Source: a virus
DNA length: 64,000 nucleotides
Direction: 5' to 3' (one strand)
Virus record (IMG/VR): IMGVR_UViG_3300030419_003599
Span: 32,001-96,000 of that record
The first letter of the stretch is position 1. Each line of letters opens with the position of its first letter. Below are positions 40,438-48,400 of this stretch, piece after piece. The notes below the pieces were generated by a model. It saw only the letters and a list, made by a program, of their open reading frames with translations. It was not told where the DNA came from and did no database searches. The position numbers and the translations under genes are program-made.

Positions 40438-40793
40438 TCCAAGCCCTCCGCTGTGAAATAGATAGTCTCGGGGTAATCAGAAAAGTAGAACAATGTGGCT
40501 GGGCATAACCACCCCACCATCTTTACTTCTCCAATGCTGGCGCTGTACCAAGAGCCCCCGTCATCCATTGCTATTGACTTCGCTACATGGGCATCAGGGA
40601 AAGGGGTGTGACTGAACAAGAGTCGTGCCTTCTCCCAATTAGAGTGCCCATGCTTATCTCTCAAGGCTCCGTTGATTATCGCTGACGCTGTAGGGACGAA
40701 CGGCTCCTTAACAAGGTCGTGCTCATCATCATCAAATACCCATAAACCCCCATGACGATAGGCTTCTATCAGTTGTATGCTGTTGTTAATCAT
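40434..40793 (-). CDS. DUF6717-like protein
   Basis: YRHGGLWVFDD...LVKEPFV...GWLCPATLFYF...PETIY, recognised from memory. Confidence 0.65.
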   Translation of the reverse strand: MINNSIQLIEAYRHGGLWVFDDDEHDLVKEPFVPTASAIINGALRDKHGHSNWEKARLLFSHTPFPDAHVAKSIAMDDGGSWYSASIGEVKMVGWLCPATLFYFSDYPETIYFTAEGLE

Positions 40794-41059
40794 CCTTCAT
40801 CTACCTCCTCAGTAGGCGCAACCTGTATCTCAAATGCGCAGCGAGGACACCGTAAAATGCTAGGGTCTTCTGTCATGAGGGACTCAGGCTCTTCTTCAAT
40901 TCTCAATTCTAAGCACATCTCTCGCTCCCATATCTCACACACTGTCTTACGCTTAGCGTTGATAGAAGTGTTGAGAGAGCCTCCCCATTGTGTTGAGTCT
41001 TGCACAACATCTGGGTTTGAGCGGCTGTGCCACACTTTGTCGTTGGGATTTTCTGTCAT
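40790..41059 (-). CDS. Hypothetical protein (possible Zn ribbon)
   Basis: First gene after promoter copy 2; CEIW...C...CPRC. Confidence 0.55.
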   Translation of the reverse strand: MTENPNDKVWHSRSNPDVVQDSTQWGGSLNTSINAKRKTVCEIWEREMCLELRIEEEPESLMTEDPSILRCPRCAFEIQVAPTEEVDEG

Positions 41060-41074
41060 TTTATCACCGTTCTT

Positions 41075-41098
41075 TTTATTGTTAATGGTTCTTAAAGG
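41075..41098 (-). promoter_or_regulatory. Conserved 24-bp promoter-like motif, copy 2
   Basis: Minus strand CCTTTAAGAACCATTAACAATAAA. Confidence 0.8.
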
Positions 41099-41107
41099 GA
41101 TTTCTAA

Positions 41108-43507
41108 TCACCAGTACCTCTTAGGAGCAGGCTTTCCTACTGCCCGTTTAGAGTCCCAGCCCATGGCCTCTTCCATTACTGTGATTTTAGAGAGAATCAA
41201 TTTATCCACCATCGTAGTCCAATCAAGGGTGTATCCCTCCAAGTCACTTTCATCCATATAGGCTACTACTTTAGATGGGGGCTTACCTTCTGGGACATCT
41301 GAAATATATACCCACGGAACGCTATCCCCTTGCTTGAACTTGTCACCCTTACTGATATTTTGGTTGTAGTAAAAGGCGGCCTTGGCACCATTAGGCATGT
41401 GGGATGGGTTGTAGTCCTTCGGGTTCTTACCCAGCCTCGTCCATGAGGATACTGTATCTACACCGACCGACCCTTTGAGTAGAGAGGCTGCTAGAGGACG
41501 CACCGCTTCCACTATCTCGCTCTCCTCTTTGCCCTCACTGATGAGAGTAAAGATGAGGCTCTGCACCTCCTTGGATACAGGGGCAGCGTGGCTCGCTTTG
41601 TATTCATAACCGGCTACCTTCATCTGCCCAGCCTCCTCGGGCGGCCATGACTTGATACCGAAGTAACGGTTCTTCTTAGCCACCGTCCAGTAAGGGAAGT
41701 ACGCCTCTAGTTCTACTACCAACTCTCTTGAGTTCAATTCAGATTGCACCTTTTCTGTGAGATGCGCAGCGAGAGCAGGCGCTTCGTCTAAGGGAACTTG
41801 TATCATACTACTGTCAGTATGCCCATAGAGAGCGCGATAGCCCTGCTCCTCTGCTTCTTTGAGTAAGAAATGGATACTCTCACGGCCAACAGCAGTGATG
41901 CTACTGGCTATCTCTTGGGCTGCCCATCCGTATCCAGCGTGCGCAGTCATACCGTAGAGGCTGGCCATTACACGCTTGACTGCCTTCTGAAAAATATCCC
42001 ACCCAGTCCTTTCCTCTTCGGTCTTGGCTGCTTTCATGTTGGCTTTGAGTTGGTCTCTTAGGGCGAACAGTTCTTCCACGATTTGAGGTAGCAGACCCTT
42101 CTCGCGCTGGTTCCACGCTGTCCCATTGGGGAGCACTAGGATGGAGCCTTCTTCTAGTTCCTTAGAGGTAGGCTCACCGGGATAGAATGTTTCGTAAGAG
42201 AGGTTGTTACCGAGAATTATAGATGGGTATAGACCCTTGTAATCCACTACCCCTACCCCCTCGTAACGACCGGGGTCAGGTGGCGGGATGTATGCTCCCT
42301 TGACACTCCAACTATCCTTTCTGCGGGTTCGCGCTTTCCACTCCGTGCGCCTACCGATTAGGCCACGGAAGAACTTGGTTACATTGTGGGTGGATTCAAA
42401 ACACACACCACACAATCGTTGGAGAGCGAGGAAGAAATCAAGGGCGTGTAGCCGCTTGTCAATATCGCGAAGGAGTATTGTGTCTTGCACACAGTAATCA
42501 ACATAGTCCCAGAAGGATACATCAGGATTGCCGCCTTCCCATATTGTCCAGTCAGCAGCATTGACATCGTGCTTAGCGCCAATGCCTAGTTCTTGGGCGA
42601 TGGTATTCAACTTACGGTTGGGGAGTTGTCCCCTCCCGCTGTCCATCCATACCCTCTCAAACCCACTACCCCTGTTACCACGGGCAGCGCTATCAAACAC
42701 GATGCGCCCAAGGATGGGCTGGTCTGTATCGTCATAGTAGCCCTTGGTCTTAGGCGGTCTGCGCACCATACCGATAGGGCTGAGTCGGCGGAAATCCTCA
42801 CCGAGTCTTCTAACTAGGTGGGGCACATCAAAGTAATTAGCGCCGTGCGCTACTAGGACATCAGGGTCGCATTCATCCATGAACTGTATGAACGCTTCAA
42901 GTACAGCACCTTCGCTGCCAAACAAGCGCATTTCATAGCCGCCTACCCTGTCAATGTTGAGGGTCTCCGCACTAGGGTGACCCCTTTCTTTGAGGTCTTC
43001 TTGTTCTCTGTTCCACGCAAACACCACAGGGTATCCAAGTACGGAGTCATTCACACAGATGACTGTACAGAGTTCCTCTTTGGTACCTACATAGACAGCC
43101 TCAATATCAAAGTGCCATACCCGAGGAGTCCATTCAGGGAACTCTGGGAATGTGTCAATGAGATAGCGGTCTGCGTAACGCATGTCTGCTTCGTAGGTAC
43201 GAGAGAACTCATCGCGCATCCCTTTGATTTCGGATGGCTTGTGTGCTACAATCTTGACCAGTTTAGTGTGACCGTATTGGGGGTCAGGTACAGATACAGA
43301 AGTCTCACCCCACTCCACCCTTGAGCCGGGGAAGCGAGATAGAACCTTGTCTATGAGAGGTCGTCGTGTGTCTGCTGGTATCCAGAAGTAGGGTTCAAAC
43401 TCTTCGGGTGAGATATTCTGTTCAATGAGGTTACCTTCATCGTCGCGCCAGCGCGTGTAAAGCCATGCCCTCCCGTCATAGTCTGGATAGTACTGGTCAA
43501 TTATCAC
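41108..43507 (-). CDS. polB: Family B DNA polymerase
   Basis: Exo motifs FDIE, HGANYFD, YCVQD; polymerase motifs DYKGLYPS, KRVMASLYG, YGHTDS, KNRY. Confidence 0.95.
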   Translation of the reverse strand: MIIDQYYPDYDGRAWLYTRWRDDEGNLIEQNISPEEFEPYFWIPADTRRPLIDKVLSRFPGSRVEWGETSVSVPDPQYGHTKLVKIVAHKPSEIKGMRDEFSRTYEADMRYADRYLIDTFPEFPEWTPRVWHFDIEAVYVGTKEELCTVICVNDSVLGYPVVFAWNREQEDLKERGHPSAETLNIDRVGGYEMRLFGSEGAVLEAFIQFMDECDPDVLVAHGANYFDVPHLVRRLGEDFRRLSPIGMVRRPPKTKGYYDDTDQPILGRIVFDSAARGNRGSGFERVWMDSGRGQLPNRKLNTIAQELGIGAKHDVNAADWTIWEGGNPDVSFWDYVDYCVQDTILLRDIDKRLHALDFFLALQRLCGVCFESTHNVTKFFRGLIGRRTEWKARTRRKDSWSVKGAYIPPPDPGRYEGVGVVDYKGLYPSIILGNNLSYETFYPGEPTSKELEEGSILVLPNGTAWNQREKGLLPQIVEELFALRDQLKANMKAAKTEEERTGWDIFQKAVKRVMASLYGMTAHAGYGWAAQEIASSITAVGRESIHFLLKEAEEQGYRALYGHTDSSMIQVPLDEAPALAAHLTEKVQSELNSRELVVELEAYFPYWTVAKKNRYFGIKSWPPEEAGQMKVAGYEYKASHAAPVSKEVQSLIFTLISEGKEESEIVEAVRPLAASLLKGSVGVDTVSSWTRLGKNPKDYNPSHMPNGAKAAFYYNQNISKGDKFKQGDSVPWVYISDVPEGKPPSKVVAYMDESDLEGYTLDWTTMVDKLILSKITVMEEAMGWDSKRAVGKPAPKRYW

Positions 43508-44283
43508 TCCCAGCCCTCCTCATAGTCACAATCAAAGACCACGAGGCAAGCACCTGTTCCCTCATGGAGGAGAATGATGGGGGCGTCCTCCCCCATGTAT
43601 AGCGTGAGTTCACCAGCAGGTAAAGCCCGCAGGTTGATTGGGAAGTTTGCGCCGAACACAGAAGTCACTTTGTGTTCAGGACCTTTGACATTCCCTAATG
43701 GGACAGTCACAAACATGCGTCCCTTGCTCTTCTTACCTGCTTTCACGATAGCCTCGGATTGGCTCGGGTAGAAATCTACACTGTACAGGGGGTTCTCCCC
43801 TAGGACAGTATGGATAGAGATGACCTCTTGAGTGGAAGCAGAATTGAGAGAGGCTGAACATGACAAATCGCGCTCACCCCATTTGACCCAGTTGTCTGTA
43901 GAAGCAGCCGCTAGCAATTTCTCAATGGCTGCCACATGAGTATGGGAATCAATGCTCCCTTTACCGGGCAGGTGTATCTTGGCATTACCGCAAGTGAGGT
44001 AGAGCATCTTCCCCTCCCCCTCTTGATGGAGGGTCATTGTGTCTTCTTTACCCGTCTTCAAGAAAGAGCGGACTGCATTGATATCGCTGATAGCGAATGA
44101 CCCTGCTGACTCTATGTCGCAAGTAGTAGTGAGGCGGAGGTAGTGGGTATAGTAACCCACAGAACCTATCAGTAAGCCACCTTCCTCTACGCTCTTGGCT
44201 CTTAATCGTATGTCGCCCACGGATGTACCGAAAGATGACAATAGTGTCAAGAGGTTCTTGCGGTTCACTGTTACTTTAGTTAT
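43504..44283 (-). CDS. PCNA-like sliding clamp (divergent)
   Basis: ~259 aa with a two-domain beta/alpha pattern, directly upstream of PolB; C-terminal LYMGEDAPIILL resembles PCNA. The start may be ATA at 44283 rather than GTG at 44268. Confidence 0.6.
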   Translation of the reverse strand: MTKVTVNRKNLLTLLSSFGTSVGDIRLRAKSVEEGGLLIGSVGYYTHYLRLTTTCDIESAGSFAISDINAVRSFLKTGKEDTMTLHQEGEGKMLYLTCGNAKIHLPGKGSIDSHTHVAAIEKLLAAASTDNWVKWGERDLSCSASLNSASTQEVISIHTVLGENPLYSVDFYPSQSEAIVKAGKKSKGRMFVTVPLGNVKGPEHKVTSVFGANFPINLRALPAGELTLYMGEDAPIILLHEGTGACLVVFDCDYEEGWE

Positions 44284-44298
44284 GGTATCACCTCACAT

Positions 44299-44403
44299 AT
44301 ATTCATGACGGGAATGGGTTCATAGAGAAATAAGTACAAACTACTATTCCAGAATCGCAAAACATGATTTTCCCATTATTATCTGACAAACCGTCTTGAA
44401 TAT
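44299..44403 (-). other. Predicted structured RNA element upstream of the clamp gene
   Basis: Outer stem ATATTCATGACGG (44299-44311) / CCGTCTTGAATAT (44391-44403), 12 of 13 paired; inner stem AATGGG/CCCATT. Confidence 0.55.
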
Positions 44404-45386
44404 TATAAGAGTCCCTGCCTCAACTCCGGTAGCCCATTCCAAATGGGCTCCTTCCCTCTCATGGTAGTGAATACTATTCGCTCTTGCCCTTGTAGGGTAG
44501 GGTTGGTTTTGCACTTATGGAACTCTACACTGTATTGAGTCTCACCTGTAAGTGAGCCGTCTGCTTCCCGCACTCTCTTGCGGCGGCACCAAAGAATCTG
44601 GTTGAGGTAATTGTTGGTGTGCTTCTCCCAGTCGGGCTTCCACCCTCCTGTCTCTTGGTCACGGAATACTTCCGGCTTGATGTGTGTCTCCCAGAATACA
44701 GCCACCCCATTAGCCACCATCCTACGGCAGAGAGCCGTGAGTTGATGGAAGCGGGTGGTGCGGATACTCCAGTTCCATTGGTTACCCACCGTCTTGGTTG
44801 GGTCGCTTGCTTCAATGCCGTCCTTAGCGATACCCATATCTGTAATCTTCATGTTGTTTTTACAGACAGTATCCCAAGAATCTACACTAGTGACCATGAA
44901 ATAATGCAGTCGTGGCCCTTCGTAATCGGGTTGCATTTGTTTAACTGATTGCTGAACCGCTAACTGACCGATGTCCATTACACGCTGGTGCGTGCCGGGA
45001 TAGTCGTATGCTGTACGGTCATCATGTTGCATGACCCATGGGTCCCAGCACCTGATGCCGGGGTCATTACCCCAATGGGCTGACCGACAAGCGGCTGCTC
45101 CTCCATCAAAGTCAAGCACCCACATCATGTCACCATCTGCCTTGCTGTGCATGAATCCATCCATAACCGTACCAGTCTTGGATGTGTTCTCATGCCCTAC
45201 CACTCCACAGAACAGGTGGCTCTTGGGAGCATGGTCTGCTAGCATATTGAGTTCTTCTTCTAGGGCGGATAATCCTACCTTCTTCTGCGGGATAGCCTTG
45301 GTTACCTGCTCTTTCTCCGCAGCGACCTGCGCCGCTGCTTCCTTCTCTTCCGTTTTCCTGTAAATTGTCTTTCCGAATCCACTCAT
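44403..45386 (-). CDS. RecA/RadA-superfamily ATPase (AAA_24/Sak4-like)
   Basis: Deviant Walker A GHENTSKT, LDFDGG, VTSVDS; close to the SSB gene. Confidence 0.65.
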   Translation of the reverse strand: MSGFGKTIYRKTEEKEAAAQVAAEKEQVTKAIPQKKVGLSALEEELNMLADHAPKSHLFCGVVGHENTSKTGTVMDGFMHSKADGDMMWVLDFDGGAAACRSAHWGNDPGIRCWDPWVMQHDDRTAYDYPGTHQRVMDIGQLAVQQSVKQMQPDYEGPRLHYFMVTSVDSWDTVCKNNMKITDMGIAKDGIEASDPTKTVGNQWNWSIRTTRFHQLTALCRRMVANGVAVFWETHIKPEVFRDQETGGWKPDWEKHTNNYLNQILWCRRKRVREADGSLTGETQYSVEFHKCKTNPTLQGQERIVFTTMRGKEPIWNGLPELRQGLL

Positions 45387-45538
45387 TGTTTATCCCTCTT
45401 CACCGTTCTTATGTGCGGCTTCACCTCAGTACCATCCTTACGGATGTAGCCTTTGACTAGCACCGCTCCTTCTATGGATACAATTTTTTTAGCGAGTTCC
45501 TCTAGGAACTCCTCTCTTGATATATCGTCTTTGCTCAT
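45383..45538 (-). CDS. Small basic protein, 51 aa (not in ORF track)
   Basis: MSKDDISREEFLEELAKKIVSIEGAVLVKGYIRKDGTEVKPHIRTVKRDKQ; RBS GAGGTGA; ATGA coupling to the next gene. Confidence 0.75.
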   Translation of the reverse strand: MSKDDISREEFLEELAKKIVSIEGAVLVKGYIRKDGTEVKPHIRTVKRDKQ

Positions 45539-45548
45539 TCATATCACC

Positions 45549-46838
45549 TCAATCAAACTGGCCTAGGCCAGTGTCACCTCCGCTCTGTCTGCGCCTGCTC
45601 CTGTTAGGGATTGCATAAACTCCCATGACATTCAACTTAGGTACATAGTGGTCACCTACTGCTCGTAGCCCAATGCGGCCACAAACCAATACTGTGCTAC
45701 GCTCAGCGTATTCCACCCAGCCAGCCTCATCTCTAAACTCAAACGGATGAGTCAAGTCATTACATGCACCAGAAATCCAAAGGCGTACTTCCGCACGCTC
45801 ATCACCGTAGGCTTGTTGGAGAGCCATGCTAGATATGTCCATACTGAAATTGCGACCAGTTTGGTCATAGTCACTAGCCTGCCCTTCTGTGCTCATACGA
45901 GCAACGAATCCCTTAGTGAGCACGACTGGGCCAAAGTGACCATCGCCGTTAGACATCGCTTGCTTCTTACTTTCATAAGCCTCAACCAATTCATCCAGTT
46001 CCACATAGTACTCATGGAAATCTTCGCTTGTCCAGAAGCGTTCTGCTCTTAGGTCATGGCGCAGGTCTGGCTCCACGAACTCATCCGTGTAAGTAATATT
46101 ACCAGTCCAGTCATCCCAAACTTCTATCACATCATCCCACCCATCAGATGCGTCTTCTCTCATTGGCTTACCTTGGAACTTACAAGGTACGCCGATAAGA
46201 ACTTCATCATCAGGTTTAGCAGAGACACGAAGCATGCGTATCTCATCTTCAAATGCGCCTTTCTCGTTGCCGAGGAAGTACATGTACCGAGTTGAATCAT
46301 AGCACGGGAATGGCTTACCGTAGTTAGCAGACTCTGTGTTCTTCACTAGCATACCTAGTAATGTCTCTCCACATCTAAAGGAGTCCCTAGGCATTTGCCC
46401 TTCAACTACTTCTTCTCCTGTATCTACAAGACCGTTCTTGGTCTGTATGTACCACTTACCTTCCTTGCTACTAAACACACCTACCCCTCCGCTATCAATA
46501 GCGGCGTCCGGGTTATTCTGGTACGCTTTACATAACTTGGTTCTCATATTCTCTCTACGGTCACTCCACTTACCGGCTACGCCTGTAAAGTGCCCTACAT
46601 ATTCAACAGTGCTACCGCCACCGCCTTTCTTTCGGCGGGTCTCCATAAAGAAGCCCTCGGATAGGTCAATGATGAGGTCTTCATCCTCGTCCCTCCAGTC
46701 TTCTATACCGAAATCGCTGCGCAGATATACCACGAAGTCTCCCGTGACATCTCCCAGCGAGGCTCCGGTGCGTTCTGCATATGCCTCCAATCTCTTTCTG
46801 ACCTCATCCGGCCATTCGTCTGTGCTTTCATTGCTCAT
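45549..46838 (-). CDS. Putative RPA/single-stranded DNA-binding protein
   Basis: OB-fold-like C-terminus (VRLWISG...TVLVCGRI...LNVMGVY); first gene after promoter copy 3; adjacent to the recombinase. Confidence 0.55.
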   Translation of the reverse strand: MSNESTDEWPDEVRKRLEAYAERTGASLGDVTGDFVVYLRSDFGIEDWRDEDEDLIIDLSEGFFMETRRKKGGGGSTVEYVGHFTGVAGKWSDRRENMRTKLCKAYQNNPDAAIDSGGVGVFSSKEGKWYIQTKNGLVDTGEEVVEGQMPRDSFRCGETLLGMLVKNTESANYGKPFPCYDSTRYMYFLGNEKGAFEDEIRMLRVSAKPDDEVLIGVPCKFQGKPMREDASDGWDDVIEVWDDWTGNITYTDEFVEPDLRHDLRAERFWTSEDFHEYYVELDELVEAYESKKQAMSNGDGHFGPVVLTKGFVARMSTEGQASDYDQTGRNFSMDISSMALQQAYGDERAEVRLWISGACNDLTHPFEFRDEAGWVEYAERSTVLVCGRIGLRAVGDHYVPKLNVMGVYAIPNRSRRRQSGGDTGLGQFD

Positions 46839-46863
46839 TTTACCACCTCTTGGTTCTATTCTT

Positions 46864-46887
46864 TTTATTGCTGATGGTTCTTAAAGG
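46864..46887 (-). promoter_or_regulatory. Conserved 24-bp promoter-like motif, copy 3
   Basis: Exact CCTTTAAGAACCATCAGCAATAAA; also encodes the RFC C-terminus SFKNHQQ*. Confidence 0.8.
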
Positions 46888-47815
46888 AACTACCAGATTC
46901 CGCAGCCAACCGGGCTACGAAATACTCGTAGAAGGAACGGTCATCAGCAGGCCATTCCATTGACATTCGCATGAACTCTCCCCATACCAACATGAAGGCG
47001 AAGTACTCCTCGTCTTCAAGCAGGTCACGGATGCGTCTGCGAAGGCCCTTTAAGATTGTGAATCTGTCATCCCCTCTCTCTAGCGCGCCGTTGATGCGCA
47101 CAGATACAAGGGATAAGTCGCCAGCCATGAGCGCTAAGGCAGCATCATCTAGTTCGCTGCCCTGCCCACGCACTGCACCTATGATGGTCTCTTCATCATA
47201 GTTAGGTAGGCTCTCAAGAATGGAAATGGCTTGGCGCAGGTCACCGTTACACACTGCGACCAAGGACTCAAGTTGCTCTCGTGGGACACCGCCGGGCACA
47301 TAGTCACAAGTAATGTGATTAAGGAAAAGCGCTCCTTCTTCAGGGGTGACTGGGGAAAACTTGTAATGCCTGCATCGTGATTTGATAGCAGGCTTGAGTT
47401 TGTCTGGCCTGTTGGCCGTGAGTATAAACAGGGTGCTCTTACCTGTAGTCTCTATGACTTGGCGCAGCGCATCCTGTGCTGCTGGTGTGAGGCCGTCTGC
47501 CTCATCTAATAGGATGACCTTGCGGTCACCAGTAGGTGAGCGAACCCTAGCCATCTGCTTGAGTTCTTCACGCACGAATGTAATACCCCTATCATCAGAG
47601 GCGTTGGTGACGATGTAGTTACCACCAAGTTCTCCATCGTGCATCTCCATGGCTATGGCTCGGGCGGCTGTAGTCTTGCCTGTGCCCGGTGGTCCTGAGA
47701 ACAGGAGGGCAGGCGGGTAGCCGTTATCCTTCCACCCATAAGCGTCACGCTTGAGGTCAGCAAGGCCAGCCATCTCTACCATAGTGCTGGGGCGATACTT
47801 CTCTGTCCAATTCAT
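46865..47815 (-). CDS. rfcS: Replication factor C small subunit (clamp loader)
   Basis: WTEKYRP, GPPGTGKT, NASDDRG, LDEAD, SRC, GDLR; start ATG 47815. Confidence 0.93.
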   Translation of the reverse strand: MNWTEKYRPSTMVEMAGLADLKRDAYGWKDNGYPPALLFSGPPGTGKTTAARAIAMEMHDGELGGNYIVTNASDDRGITFVREELKQMARVRSPTGDRKVILLDEADGLTPAAQDALRQVIETTGKSTLFILTANRPDKLKPAIKSRCRHYKFSPVTPEEGALFLNHITCDYVPGGVPREQLESLVAVCNGDLRQAISILESLPNYDEETIIGAVRGQGSELDDAALALMAGDLSLVSVRINGALERGDDRFTILKGLRRRIRDLLEDEEYFAFMLVWGEFMRMSMEWPADDRSFYEYFVARLAAESGSSFKNHQQ

Positions 47816-47916
47816 GCTGTCACCTCTCTGCATTTGTCACACTTCCTAGTTCTATCATGAGACCAATGGACATGGGTATCACAGTATCTACACTTCTTAG
47901 CCCAATGCGTACTCAT
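47812..47916 (-). CDS. Micro zinc-finger protein, 34 aa (not in ORF track)
   Basis: MSTHWAKKCRYCDTHVHWSHDRTRKCDKCREVTA; RBS AGGTGA; ATGA coupling to RFC. Confidence 0.7.
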   Translation of the reverse strand: MSTHWAKKCRYCDTHVHWSHDRTRKCDKCREVTA

Positions 47917-47984
47917 GCTCTCACCTTTAGGGGGTTTTGGCTTAGGTAGGGGGGGAGGGGGGTAGGGGTATTTTTCTGTGGCAT
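47913..47984 (-). CDS. Pro-rich micro-ORF/leader peptide, 23 aa
   Basis: MPQKNTPTPLPPYLSQNPLKVRA; GGTGA RBS right after promoter copy 4; ATGA coupling; contains the C6-T-C7 tract. Confidence 0.5.
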   Translation of the reverse strand: MPQKNTPTPLPPYLSQNPLKVRA

Positions 47985-47999
47985 CTTTTCACCGTCTTT

Positions 48000-48023
48000 T
48001 TTATTGCTGATGGTTCTTAAAGG
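48000..48023 (-). promoter_or_regulatory. Conserved 24-bp promoter-like motif, copy 4
   Basis: Exact CCTTTAAGAACCATCAGCAATAAA; supplies the stop codon of the upstream gene. Confidence 0.8.
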
Positions 48024-48400
48024 ATTGAATCAACATGCGCTACATACTCACGGAAGGCATCAACATCATCATACGAAGGGGGGTGTAAGCATAAGTGACG
48101 CACTGCTTCATAGGGGTACGGCTGCCTGACAAAGTCCTTCCATGGCTCTAGGAGTTCTACGAGTTTGAGTAGGCTCTCCGCCTCTTTTACTCTCCCCTTC
48201 TTGTCACTCTTTATCCCCTGTCTGATTAGGTACTCATGTATCAATTGCTTAGTGGGCTCGGTTCTATTAGCGCCCACTAAGCCTGTCGCTACAAGTATGT
48301 ACCCGCATTTATTGCTGCGCTCTCTCAATTCAACCGTGAAGGAAGAAGATAGAATGAGCATACCTAGCGCCAATTTATCTCCCCTGTGCGATGATGTCAT
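48017..48400 (-). CDS. Hypothetical protein
   Basis: ATGA coupling to the ligase-like gene; no firm motif. Confidence 0.55.
   Translation of the reverse strand: MTSSHRGDKLALGMLILSSSFTVELRERSNKCGYILVATGLVGANRTEPTKQLIHEYLIRQGIKSDKKGRVKEAESLLKLVELLEPWKDFVRQPYPYEAVRHLCLHPPSYDDVDAFREYVAHVDSIL

Noticed and set aside
44299-44403. Hammerhead ribozyme or tRNA
   Set aside because: No CUGANGA/GAAA core arrangement and no T-loop or cloverleaf; kept only as an unclassified structure.
35279-47815. Inteins or introns in PolB, helicase or RFC
   Set aside because: Protein lengths are normal and motifs are contiguous; no splice-junction motifs seen.
48017-48400. LAGLIDADG homing endonuclease
   Set aside because: Size and beta pattern are vaguely compatible, but no recognisable motif is present.
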